A stretch of DNA of 64,000 nucleotides from Verrucomicrobiales bacterium. GTDB taxonomy: Bacteria > Verrucomicrobiota > Verrucomicrobiia > Methylacidiphilales > JAAUTS01. The notes under the pieces were generated by a model. The model was not told the DNA's origin. It did no database searches and saw nothing but the letters and a program-made list of their open reading frames with translations. The position numbers and the translations under genes were made by a program. This document shows, in pieces, positions 37,550-45,613 of the stretch. Where the stretch lies: NCBI GenBank assembly GCA_031256975.1, contig JAIRPN010000018.1, forward strand, positions 807 through 64,806, in the 5' to 3' direction. Position 1 is the stretch's first letter, and each line of letters opens with the position of its first letter.

Positions 37550-39610
37550 ATGACGGAGCGGAAAAATCACAAAATTTTTGGCGTTAGCTGGGGGCTGGTT
37601 GGCTGGGTCTTAATCGGGTTGATCGGCATAAGCTGCCTGATGGTGCTGGCTTTCCAGCGCGGCGAGCCTGTCAACGCGTTGTGGATGGTGGTGGCATCCG
37701 TATGTGTGTTTGCCATTGCTTATCGTTTTCATTCGGCCTGGCTAATGGCGAAGGTATTAACCCTGAACGAAATGCGGGCGACGCCGGCCATCGTACATGA
37801 GGATGGCCGGGATTATGTGCCGACCAACCGCTGGGTGGTGTTCGGGCATCATTTCGCGGCAATCGCCGGGCCCGGTCCGCTGGTGGGACCGGTGTTGGCG
37901 GCGCAATTCGGTTTCTTGCCGGGCATGTTGTGGATTCTGGTCGGTGCCACGCTGGGCGGTGCGGTGCATGATTGCATTATTCTGTTTTGCTCGGTGCGTC
38001 GCGGCGGCAAATCCCTCGGGCAAATGGTACGGGAGGAAGTCGGGCCGTTTGCCGGATTGATTTCCCTGATCAGCATGACGGCGATCCTGGTGATTCTGCT
38101 GGCGGTGCTGGCCTTGGTGGTGGTGAAGGCGCTGGCGGAAAGTTCATGGGGATTTTTTACCATCGCGGCGACTATTCCGCTGGCTCTGGCAATGGGCATG
38201 GGCATGCGCTTGGGCTGGTCGGGCATGAAAACGATCAGTATTTTTGGCGTGGCAGGCCTGTTGCTGGCGGTTCTTGGCGGGCATTGGATTCAGGGAACTT
38301 TTCTGGAACCGTGGTTCCGTTTGCAGGGAACGACCCTGGCTTGGATGATCATGGGTTACGGCTTGCTAGCCTCGGTGCTGCCGGTGTGGCTGTTATTGGC
38401 GCCGAGGGATTACCTCAGCTCGTTTTTAAAAATCGGCGCGGTGGGTTTTCTGGCCGTGGCGATTGTGTTTCTTGCCCCGTCCCTGCAGATGCCGGCGTTG
38501 ACCAAATTCATCGATGGCTCGGGTCCGGTGTTCGCGGGTCCGGTGTTTCCGTTCTGTTTCATCACCATTGCCTGTGCGGCGGTATCGGGGTTCCATGCGA
38601 TCATTTCCTCGGGAACCACGCCGAAGCTGCTGGCACATGAACGGGATATCCGCTTGGTGGGGTACGGGGCGATGATTGTGGAAATGCTGGTGGGCATCAT
38701 GGCGCTGATCGCGGCCTGTGTGATGTTGCCGGGTGAATATTTCGCCATCAACATGAAAGGTTCCGCGCACGAGGTGGTGGCGCAGGTGACGGCGCTTGGT
38801 TTCCCGGTGACCGAGCAGCAGATGTCGCAACTGGCGGCGCAGGTGGGCGAACAATCGATGATTGGCCGCACCGGCGGGGCGCCGACTTTCGCGGTGGGCA
38901 TGGCGCAAATGTTTTCGCGTCTGGTGAACAGTCCGCTGGCGGTGGCGATCTGGTATCACTTTGCCATCATGTTCGAAGCCCTGTTCATCCTGACCACCAT
39001 TGACGCGGGCACGCGGGTGGGACGCTTCCTGGTGCAGGATTTGCTGGGCTATGCCTGGAAACCGTTGGGGAATACCGAGTCGTCGCTCGGCAACTGGGCG
39101 GGCAGCGTGTTGTTTGTCGCCGCATGGGGCTGGTTCTTGTACCAGGGCGTGGTTGACCCGTTGGGCGGCATTAATTCCTTCTGGCCGATTTTCGGCGTGG
39201 CCAACCAATTGCTGGCGGTGATTGCGCTGTCGCTGGGAACCACGGTGTTGCTGAAAATGGGCAGATTGCGCTACCTGTGGGTTCCGGTGTTGCCCTTGTG
39301 CTGGTTGTTAGCGGTGACTATGAGCGCGGGCTGGATGAAGATTTTTGCCGACAGTCCGCGATTGGGCTTTTTGAGCGCGGCGCGGGATTTGGCGGCCAAG
39401 GTCGCCAACGGTGGAACCGTGGAACAACTGGAGACCTGGCGACACCTGATGATCAATAATTATGTGAATGCCGCGGTGACCGGATTGTTTCTGGTATTGG
39501 TGCTGCTGGTGGTCGGGGCGAACCTGCGGGTATGGTGGCAAGTGCTGGTCGGCAAGAAACAACTGCCTTTGCGGGAAAGCCCTGCCGTGCCGCTGGCCGT
39601 GACAGATTAG
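37550..39610 (+). CDS. cstA: carbon starvation protein A (peptide/pyruvate transporter family)
   Basis: HFAAIAGPGPLVGPVLAAQFG, more than 16 TM helices and a length of 686 aa are typical of CstA. Confidence 0.9.
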   Translation: MTERKNHKIFGVSWGLVGWVLIGLIGISCLMVLAFQRGEPVNALWMVVASVCVFAIAYRFHSAWLMAKVLTLNEMRATPAIVHEDGRDYVPTNRWVVFGHHFAAIAGPGPLVGPVLAAQFGFLPGMLWILVGATLGGAVHDCIILFCSVRRGGKSLGQMVREEVGPFAGLISLISMTAILVILLAVLALVVVKALAESSWGFFTIAATIPLALAMGMGMRLGWSGMKTISIFGVAGLLLAVLGGHWIQGTFLEPWFRLQGTTLAWMIMGYGLLASVLPVWLLLAPRDYLSSFLKIGAVGFLAVAIVFLAPSLQMPALTKFIDGSGPVFAGPVFPFCFITIACAAVSGFHAIISSGTTPKLLAHERDIRLVGYGAMIVEMLVGIMALIAACVMLPGEYFAINMKGSAHEVVAQVTALGFPVTEQQMSQLAAQVGEQSMIGRTGGAPTFAVGMAQMFSRLVNSPLAVAIWYHFAIMFEALFILTTIDAGTRVGRFLVQDLLGYAWKPLGNTESSLGNWAGSVLFVAAWGWFLYQGVVDPLGGINSFWPIFGVANQLLAVIALSLGTTVLLKMGRLRYLWVPVLPLCWLLAVTMSAGWMKIFADSPRLGFLSAARDLAAKVANGGTVEQLETWRHLMINNYVNAAVTGLFLVLVLLVVGANLRVWWQVLVGKKQLPLRESPAVPLAVTD

Positions 39611-39839
39611 CGCGGGAGTTTGGGCCTGTTGCCGCCTGATTGTCACGACAAAGGCGGTTGAAGTCCCCAATGCGCAGCAATCCGGGATTATTTTTGCCCT
39701 TGAAGCACCGGGTCATTGACCAATCGCGCGTGTTTTGTTGATTTAACAGGCATACAGCGGGAGGGTATCCAACGTTTTCTCTGTGTCCATCGTATGAATA
39801 GAGAATTCGCACGGTATGAACAAATGGCTGCTGTGCGAA

Positions 39840-39874
39840 GGGGCAGACACCGGGTGTCTGCCCCGCTTATTTTA
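39840..39874. terminator. strong GC hairpin, possibly a bidirectional terminator
   Basis: ggggcagaca-ccgg-tgtctgcccc (10-bp stem) is followed on the plus strand by gcttatttta. It abuts the stop codon of the minus-strand AraC gene. Confidence 0.5.
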
Positions 39875-40870
39875 GAGGTTCAAGAAGGCGTATTGCCGGA
39901 TCTTGTGCAGGGCCTCGTGGCGGGTCTTTTCGGTAAAATTCAACAGTTGGTATTCCTTGGGCGTGATGCCGACGGCTTCACGAAACGCGGCGGAAAAATT
40001 GCTCCAGCTTTTGTAGTGCAGCAATTGACAGATTTCCTTGACCGAGAACTGGCGGCTGGTCAGGAGCAGGCGGGCGATGTCCAATTTGCGCGCCAGGCAG
40101 TAACGGGCCGGGGAGGTCTTGAATCGCGCCTTGAACAAGCGCAGATAATGGAAGCGCGACAATCCGACCGCCTTGGCGCGCTGGTCCAGGCTTTGCGGGG
40201 TTACCGGGTCGAGTTCGATCTGCAGGCGCGAAAGTTCCAGTCGTTTGACCACTTCCGCGTGGTCGGCCTGTTCCTGGACTGCGCTGTTGAGGTACCAGAA
40301 CAATGAAGGGTTTAAATCCTCGGCCAGCGACTCAAACATCTCGGTATGAATTTCCTCAATGGTTTCGTCGGTGATATTCGGATTGGCCAGGGTTTTGCGG
40401 AAACGGACAATCTTTTGCCGCAAGGCGCCTTCCAGCGGGTAATTACCGTCGCGCAGCAGGGGGATGGCGGAATGGTCCTGATGGTCGAGCAATCCGTAAG
40501 GATAGGTTTCCTTGCCGTCCTCGATGAAAATACCGGTTGGCGACAGCATACGCGCGATGAACTTGTGTGCGTAGAAGAACGCCAGTTGCGAGGAGCGGCG
40601 CGAGGTTAGCGTGCGGACAATTGTCGGATTGTTGCGGTTGGTGATGCAAAAGGAACCGGAATCGGCCAGATATTCATGCCCTTTTGATTGAATGGACATT
40701 ACCCCGCTGAAACAAAAATTCACCGAGAAGGGGCCAAGATGCTCTGGATATTTGTATTCCTGCAACGAACCGTATAATACCGCCGGCCAGCCGAAATTAT
40801 CAAAGGGGTGGCTGGGTTTCGGGACCTGCGGCGGAATGGTGTTTTGCAACAGGTAGGCGGAAATGCTCAT
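39872..40870 (-). CDS. AraC-family transcriptional regulator
   Basis: The C-terminal double HTH reads LSRFHYLRLFKARFKTSPARY.. VKEICQLLHYKSWSNFSAAFREAVGITPKEY. Confidence 0.8.
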   Translation of the reverse strand: MSISAYLLQNTIPPQVPKPSHPFDNFGWPAVLYGSLQEYKYPEHLGPFSVNFCFSGVMSIQSKGHEYLADSGSFCITNRNNPTIVRTLTSRRSSQLAFFYAHKFIARMLSPTGIFIEDGKETYPYGLLDHQDHSAIPLLRDGNYPLEGALRQKIVRFRKTLANPNITDETIEEIHTEMFESLAEDLNPSLFWYLNSAVQEQADHAEVVKRLELSRLQIELDPVTPQSLDQRAKAVGLSRFHYLRLFKARFKTSPARYCLARKLDIARLLLTSRQFSVKEICQLLHYKSWSNFSAAFREAVGITPKEYQLLNFTEKTRHEALHKIRQYAFLNL

Positions 40871-40876
40871 GGCGGT

Positions 40877-41203
40877 TCAGGCGGCGCGGGATTCCAGGTT
40901 GAGGATGGGTTTTCCCAAGGACTTCGCGTAGGAAATTTCCGCCTGCGCGCCCTTGCTGTCATGGGCGTTGGCCAGCGCCAGCACCACGTCGGCGCGGCGC
41001 ACCAGGATCATGCAGTGTTCCATGTAATGGTCGTACTGCCAGCCGAGCGGGAAATCCGCCGGGTTGAAGACCTGTCGCGCGCCGAGTTTAAGGGCCTCCT
41101 CGCGTGCCTGTTCAAAATAGCGCAGGTATTCCGCGCAATCGGTAATTTTGCCGCTGAGGTAAACAATTTTTTCTGCCAGGGTTGGCGAGGCGTTTGCTGT
41201 CAT
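40877..41203 (-). CDS. DUF4406 / nucleoside 2-deoxyribosyltransferase-like small protein
   Basis: IVYLSGKIT.., VFNPADF.. and ..ADVVLALANAHDSKGAQAEISYAKSLGKPI match the family pattern. Confidence 0.6.
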   Translation of the reverse strand: MTANASPTLAEKIVYLSGKITDCAEYLRYFEQAREEALKLGARQVFNPADFPLGWQYDHYMEHCMILVRRADVVLALANAHDSKGAQAEISYAKSLGKPILNLESRAA

Positions 41204-41222
41204 GATGCGTTGATCGGGTTGG

Positions 41223-41942
41223 TCATTGAGCCAATGATAGTTTGCCGGGATGTGCCGCGGCGACCTCGCGCTGGGCGGCGGCCAGGTCGGTTTGGAATTC
41301 TGGCGACTTTTGCATCAGCTCGAATAATTCCTGCGCCGCCAATCGGCCTGCCGCCACGTCGCTCGGGTAGTGCACGCCCGCCAACACCCGGTCGTCACCC
41401 ACCTGCCAGGCACGGGCGAGGATTTGCTGCCGCTCGTCAGGAACCAGTTCCGCCAACACCAGGCCCCAGGTCACCGCCAGTTCGGAATGTCCGCTCGGAT
41501 AGGACGCATTGTCTGGCTTTTCCACGCAGGGGTGAAGCCGGGGTTCCAATGCAAACGGACGCGGGCGGTTCCAGTAATTCTTTTGCAGCTCGGAAGAGAG
41601 TTTGCAGTCTTCTTTCACTTGGGTGAGTAACTTCGCCGTTAGCGGCAGTTTCTTTTCATCAAACCAAGTGCCCAGGGTTGACGCAAAGGCGCCAATGGCC
41701 AGATGCTCTTCCGATTTTGCCCGCATGATTTCCGCATCGGTACGCAGGCGCTGGAGTTCCAGCATGCCGATCAATTCCGATTTGGTGATCGAGGAATCAT
41801 TGGCCGGAGGCTGAACCAGGAATTGTTCAAAATGCAGTGCCGCCGGGTCGGCATAATGGTATTTGCCATCAGCCCAGGCATGCGGGGCGAGGCAGGCGGT
41901 GAACAGCAACAGGGCCAGGCAACGGATGATTTTTGCAGTCAT
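41223..41942 (-). CDS. secreted PAP2-family (class A) acid phosphatase
   Basis: Signal peptide is present. The PAP2 motifs are KNYWNRPRPF, YPSGHS and DRVLAGVHYPSDV. Confidence 0.8.
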   Translation of the reverse strand: MTAKIIRCLALLLFTACLAPHAWADGKYHYADPAALHFEQFLVQPPANDSSITKSELIGMLELQRLRTDAEIMRAKSEEHLAIGAFASTLGTWFDEKKLPLTAKLLTQVKEDCKLSSELQKNYWNRPRPFALEPRLHPCVEKPDNASYPSGHSELAVTWGLVLAELVPDERQQILARAWQVGDDRVLAGVHYPSDVAAGRLAAQELFELMQKSPEFQTDLAAAQREVAAAHPGKLSLAQ

Positions 41943-42018
41943 AAGATTTGATGGGAATCAACTAAAACGGTAGCCCGTGTCGATTTGCAGGCAGCCGGGT
42001 GACATTTCAACGGCAACA

Positions 42019-42051
42019 GGCCGCCAACTGTGAAGTTCACGGTTAGCGGCC
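42019..42051 (-). terminator. hairpin downstream of PEP-CTERM gene 1 (conserved with 43000..43032)
   Basis: On the minus strand, ggccgctaac-cgtgaacttcac-agttggcggcc is preceded by the conserved tttcccttgg. The U-tract is weak. Confidence 0.45.
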
Positions 42052-42109
42052 CAAGGGAAACCGATTTACAATTTAAACGATTGCTTGATTACGCTTTCTT
42101 GCGGCGCAA

Positions 42110-42766
42110 CTATGCCAAGACCAGAATACCTGCCCCCAAGCCCATCAAGGCATAGGTGGAGGGTTCCGGAATGGTGGCGATAACCGTGTAGCCAAGCACA
42201 ATATCATCAAGACGCCAGTTGGCTGACGAAGAGGTATTTCCTGACGTGCGGAGGCCGTCGATTTTGAAATACAGTGTGTTGCCAGTGCTAGTAAAGGACT
42301 GATCCAGTCCACTAAAAGCAGCCCAAACACCATCAGTGTTCGCAGCATACGAACCTATTGTCACGAAATTGAGGTTATCATTACTAACTTGCAGAGTGAT
42401 AGCAGTTGGTCCCGTAGCAGTACTCCTGCTATAGAAGCTGAGACTATCCAGTTGCAATTGAGCCGTGGGATCGCTCAGCGTCAGGCTGAAGCTGAAACCC
42501 ACATTTGTGCCGGCAGGTGACACCGCCGCGCCATAGTTATTGCCGCCGCTACCACCAATATTATTCGTGCTATTGGTGTAAATAATACTACCTGCATTAG
42601 TTATTGTACTTCCATAAAGGGCCAACGCGCCTCCACTTGAAATATCGGCTGGTGACGACAAGGTGCCATTTATGGACGAACCATCCCATGTAATAGTTGC
42701 CGCGTTCAACTCTCCCGCGAACACCATCGCAGCCGTGAGCATTACACCCATAATTATTTTCTTCAT
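42110..42766 (-). CDS. PEP-CTERM sorting-domain protein (C-terminal basic tail cut off by an in-frame TAG)
   Basis: ATG 42766 gives the signal peptide MKKIIMGVMLTAAMVFA. The C-terminus IPEPSTYALMGLGAGILVLA is followed by TAG, then by in-frame LRRKKA-TAA. Confidence 0.8.
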   Translation of the reverse strand: MKKIIMGVMLTAAMVFAGELNAATITWDGSSINGTLSSPADISSGGALALYGSTITNAGSIIYTNSTNNIGGSGGNNYGAAVSPAGTNVGFSFSLTLSDPTAQLQLDSLSFYSRSTATGPTAITLQVSNDNLNFVTIGSYAANTDGVWAAFSGLDQSFTSTGNTLYFKIDGLRTSGNTSSSANWRLDDIVLGYTVIATIPEPSTYALMGLGAGILVLA

Positions 42767-42853
42767 ACCTATTTTCTCCCTTGTTTTCTTAAATGGCGGG
42801 ATAAGTAGAACATGATGCGACAACAATCAGATGACTGCTGTGTTACATTTTTA
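42767..42853 (-). promoter_or_regulatory. conserved leader/promoter of PEP-CTERM gene 1
   Basis: By eye about 90% identical over about 85 nt to 43775..43861. It contains AGTCATCTGATTGT, CGCCATTTAA and the RBS AAGGGAG. Confidence 0.5.
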
Positions 42854-42999
42854 TGGTTTGTTGGAGTTGGAATTTTCCCTTTGGCCTGAGATTGATGGTT
42901 CCCAAAGATTTCCCATGACGGACTGGGCACAAAGCAAATAATCAGGCACCCAGAGAACGTTTCGTATTGCGATACGTATTTTAACATTCAACAAAAGCA

Positions 43000-43032
43000 G
43001 GCCGTCAACAGTGAATTTCACAGCTGACGGCC
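43000..43032 (-). terminator. rho-independent terminator of PEP-CTERM gene 2
   Basis: On the minus strand, ggccgtcagc-tgtgaaattcac-tgttgacggcc is followed by tgcttttgttg. Confidence 0.6.
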
Positions 43033-43054
43033 CAAGGGAAATTAAATGGGAGTT

Positions 43055-43774
43055 TTATGCTTTCTTGCGACGAAGTTGCGCTAGAACAAGAATGCCAGCT
43101 CCCATGCCGATCAAGGTGTAGGTAGAGGGTTCAGGAATGGCGAGAGTACTATAAGTTAGGACAACGTCATCAAGACCAACCATGGACCGAGATCCAGAAC
43201 CTCCCGCACCATCTCCAGAGTATGACCAAGTAAATGAAAAGGAATCACCAACTTGAAGGTCTAACCCTGTAAAAGTGATGCTATAACTCTGTGATGCAGC
43301 CATGGAGCCACCAGTGGTGCTGCCCACAGGAGAGGTGAAAGTATAGCTTGAATAATTACCCGGGATGCTGGAATTAAAGCTGAGCGTGGATTGCCTGCCT
43401 TGGACTCTCCAATCTTCGGCGGTCCAGCTAAGAGTAATACTGTCAAGAACCCCTCCGGTATTATTTGCAAAACTGATTGAAGCTGAAGCAACCAAACCGG
43501 CGGCACCACCGCTACCTAAGAATCCGAGTGCGTAGTCCGATCCGGTTCCCATGGCGTAAATACCGCCTGTGGAGGAAGAACCAGTAGTTCTGCCATTATA
43601 TAAAGACATACTGCCAATGCTCCAATCTGTTGGAGCACTAGTGCCCAAGTAACTATTAAAATCATAAGTGACGGTTCCACCAGTTCCCGTCAATGCAACT
43701 TGGGCTTGCGCCCCGAAAGAAGCTAATCCGATCAATACTGCCCCTAATGCAGCACCCTTCACCCAATTTTTCAT
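43055..43774 (-). CDS. PEP-CTERM sorting-domain protein
   Basis: ATG 43774 gives the signal peptide MKNWVKGAALGAVLIGLASFGAQA. The C-terminus is IPEPSTYTLIGMGAGILVLAQLRRKKA. Confidence 0.85.
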   Translation of the reverse strand: MKNWVKGAALGAVLIGLASFGAQAQVALTGTGGTVTYDFNSYLGTSAPTDWSIGSMSLYNGRTTGSSSTGGIYAMGTGSDYALGFLGSGGAAGLVASASISFANNTGGVLDSITLSWTAEDWRVQGRQSTLSFNSSIPGNYSSYTFTSPVGSTTGGSMAASQSYSITFTGLDLQVGDSFSFTWSYSGDGAGGSGSRSMVGLDDVVLTYSTLAIPEPSTYTLIGMGAGILVLAQLRRKKA

Positions 43775-43861
43775 AACTATTTTCCCTTGTTTTCTTAAAT
43801 GGCGGGATAAATAAAACATGGTGCAACAACAATCAGATGACCGCCGTGTTACATTTTCATG
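43775..43861 (-). promoter_or_regulatory. conserved leader/promoter of PEP-CTERM gene 2
   Basis: The minus strand reads aaaatgtaacacggcGGTCATCTGATTGTtgttgcacc..atcCCGCCATTTAAgaaaacaAGGGAaaatagttATG. GG-N8-TTG has sigma-54-like spacing. Confidence 0.5.
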
Positions 43862-43908
43862 TTTGGTTCAGATTTTGTGTGAAATATTCAAAAATCTGCT
43901 CCTTAAAT

Positions 43909-43941
43909 AAAAACTCCCTCGCGAAGCGTGAGGGAGTTTTT
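43909..43941. terminator. bidirectional rho-independent terminator
   Basis: The sequence is aaaaactccctc-gcgaagcgt-gagggagttttt. An A-run and a T-run flank a 7-bp GC-rich stem. Confidence 0.7.
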
Positions 43942-43961
43942 ATTGCAATGTAGATTTGTGT

Positions 43962-44744
43962 TTAAAGAATGACTGACTTTCTGCGATATCGTGCAAGGAA
44001 AATCAGTCCGGCGATGCCGGATGCCAGCAAGGCATAAGTCGAGGGTTCGGGAATATCAAGCAACTGGTAGTCCAGCATCAGGGTTTCCGCATTAAAGGTA
44101 TAGCCTGACCAGGTGGCGGACGAATAAGAGGCGGCGGCCGTGGCCACGATACGCAGGGTACCGTTGCTGTCGATCAAGTCATTCAGCAGGGCTTGTGTCG
44201 CGGGATCGGTCAGGTTGAAGGTGTAGGTATCCACCGTGCCGTTGGAGATCGGCGAGAAGTTGCCTTGTCCGAGGAAATATAATGTGCCCAGCTGTCCCCC
44301 GCTGCTGATGCCTTCCATGGTTCCATCGTTGCGCAGTGGTGATGAACCGTCGTTTAGGATGCTGGTGCTGGTATCACTTGCCAGGTAAAAGTTGATCGGT
44401 CCGGCGGCGCTGAAGCTGCTGTTGGCTTCGGTAAAGTTCAGCGTGATTTGGTTGAACAAATAATTCTGGCTGGAATCCAATCCAAGTTGCGGCGCGGAAA
44501 AGTCCACGACGCCAAAACTGTTGAAGGTGCCGCCGCCCTTGTCCGGGCCCTCGACGTTGAAATAGTTGAGTCCGTTGGCGCCAGTGCGCGGGCCGCTGGG
44601 CTGAACTGTGGCGTTGCTGTAGGCATAGGCCACGGCCGTGGTCGCCGCCGACAAGGTTGTTGTTCCCGATCCCCATAATGACATCGCCAAGGCCACACCC
44701 AAGAGCGATGTTTTTACCAAGGCTTGCGCCGTTGATTTTTTCAT
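43962..44744 (-). CDS. PEP-CTERM sorting-domain protein
   Basis: ATG 44744 gives the signal peptide MKKSTAQALVKTSLLGVALAMSLWG. The C-terminus is DIPEPSTYALLASGIAGLIFLARYRRKSVIL. Confidence 0.85.
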   Translation of the reverse strand: MKKSTAQALVKTSLLGVALAMSLWGSGTTTLSAATTAVAYAYSNATVQPSGPRTGANGLNYFNVEGPDKGGGTFNSFGVVDFSAPQLGLDSSQNYLFNQITLNFTEANSSFSAAGPINFYLASDTSTSILNDGSSPLRNDGTMEGISSGGQLGTLYFLGQGNFSPISNGTVDTYTFNLTDPATQALLNDLIDSNGTLRIVATAAASYSSATWSGYTFNAETLMLDYQLLDIPEPSTYALLASGIAGLIFLARYRRKSVIL

Positions 44745-44830
44745 GACTACTCTCCCAGTTAGTTTAAATGGCGAAACGGAGTACAACACCATTCAGGTAC
44801 AATTCAGTGACCGGCAAGTGACAATTTATG
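44745..44830 (-). promoter_or_regulatory. leader of PEP-CTERM gene 3 sharing the same spaced elements
   Basis: The minus strand reads attgtcacttgccGGTCACTGAATTGTacc..tttCGCCATTTAAactaactGGGAGagtagtcATG. GGTCA lies 68 nt from the ATG, exactly as in gene 2. Confidence 0.4.
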
Positions 44831-44855
44831 CGGCGGTGAATAAGTCCGGATAAGG

Positions 44856-45608
44856 TTATTCTTCCCTGACATAAGTGGTTTCCTTGCCGGTTTCGGTGAT
44901 ATACATTTGCGCGGCGGAAATAGGACCGGGACGAAAGACGAAAATCAGGAAATGGGTGCTGATCGGGGTGGTCATTGAAGATGGCGCGACCAGTTTGGTG
45001 GGGTCGGTCTGGCTTTCAGCGCGAAAGGTATCCAGCTTGAAAACCGGGGCATCTGCCGATGGGATAAAATCATCGATGGTTTTTTGCGCACCCGGTTGGA
45101 GGGTTTCATTGATAAAGCTGTCTTTGCTGGCCATGGTCAATGCCACCGGACCTTGGAGATCGAAGTTGAAAAACGCAAAGGTGCTGGGCGGAATTTTGTC
45201 GCCTTGCTTGGCTGCGGTCTTGGCGGTCAGTGTTTCGGCATGGCTGGGATTGGGAATTTTGACCCAGCGCGGGGGGAAGTCCTTGCTTCCCGGACTGCCG
45301 TAGATGGCGATGGTAACGGTTTCTCCGGAACTGACCGGGATGTTATCATGATAGACCGGCTTGCCGCTGAATCTTTCCTTGATGTCAATGGCCAACGGGC
45401 CTGCCTTTGCCGGACAAAAACCGCTGACATTGCCTGGAACGGAGCTTTTGATGGTACCCAGGTCACCAACCGTAATGCTGACTTCCTGGTCATAAACAAG
45501 AAAATAAGCGATGCGGATATTGGTGGGGCTTGGATTATTGCTGGGGACATTTTGCGCGGGCAATAAGGAGGTCAGTCCGAAGAAAAGAAGAAACAACGGG
45601 TATTTCAT
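44856..45608 (-). CDS. secreted hypothetical protein, last gene of the pseudopilin operon
   Basis: Signal peptide MKYPLFLLFFGLTSLLPAQ. The gene starts 5 nt after the stop of the 973-aa gene. Confidence 0.55.
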   Translation of the reverse strand: MKYPLFLLFFGLTSLLPAQNVPSNNPSPTNIRIAYFLVYDQEVSITVGDLGTIKSSVPGNVSGFCPAKAGPLAIDIKERFSGKPVYHDNIPVSSGETVTIAIYGSPGSKDFPPRWVKIPNPSHAETLTAKTAAKQGDKIPPSTFAFFNFDLQGPVALTMASKDSFINETLQPGAQKTIDDFIPSADAPVFKLDTFRAESQTDPTKLVAPSSMTTPISTHFLIFVFRPGPISAAQMYITETGKETTYVREE

Positions 45609-45613
45609 GATAT

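Noticed and set aside
42769-42987. 72-aa ORF, and the N-terminal extension of ORF 43055..43819, both containing the peptide MFYLSRHLRKQG
   Set aside because: The shared peptide is a by-product of the conserved non-coding leader. Proper signal peptides begin at the downstream ATGs (42766, 43774), each preceded by an RBS.
43775-43861. Confident assignment of a sigma-54 promoter
   Set aside because: Only the GG-N8-TTG spacing fits. The -12 element is GT rather than the strongly conserved GC, and gene 1 has AG at -24. I therefore report it as a hypothesis within the cassette finding, not as an established promoter.
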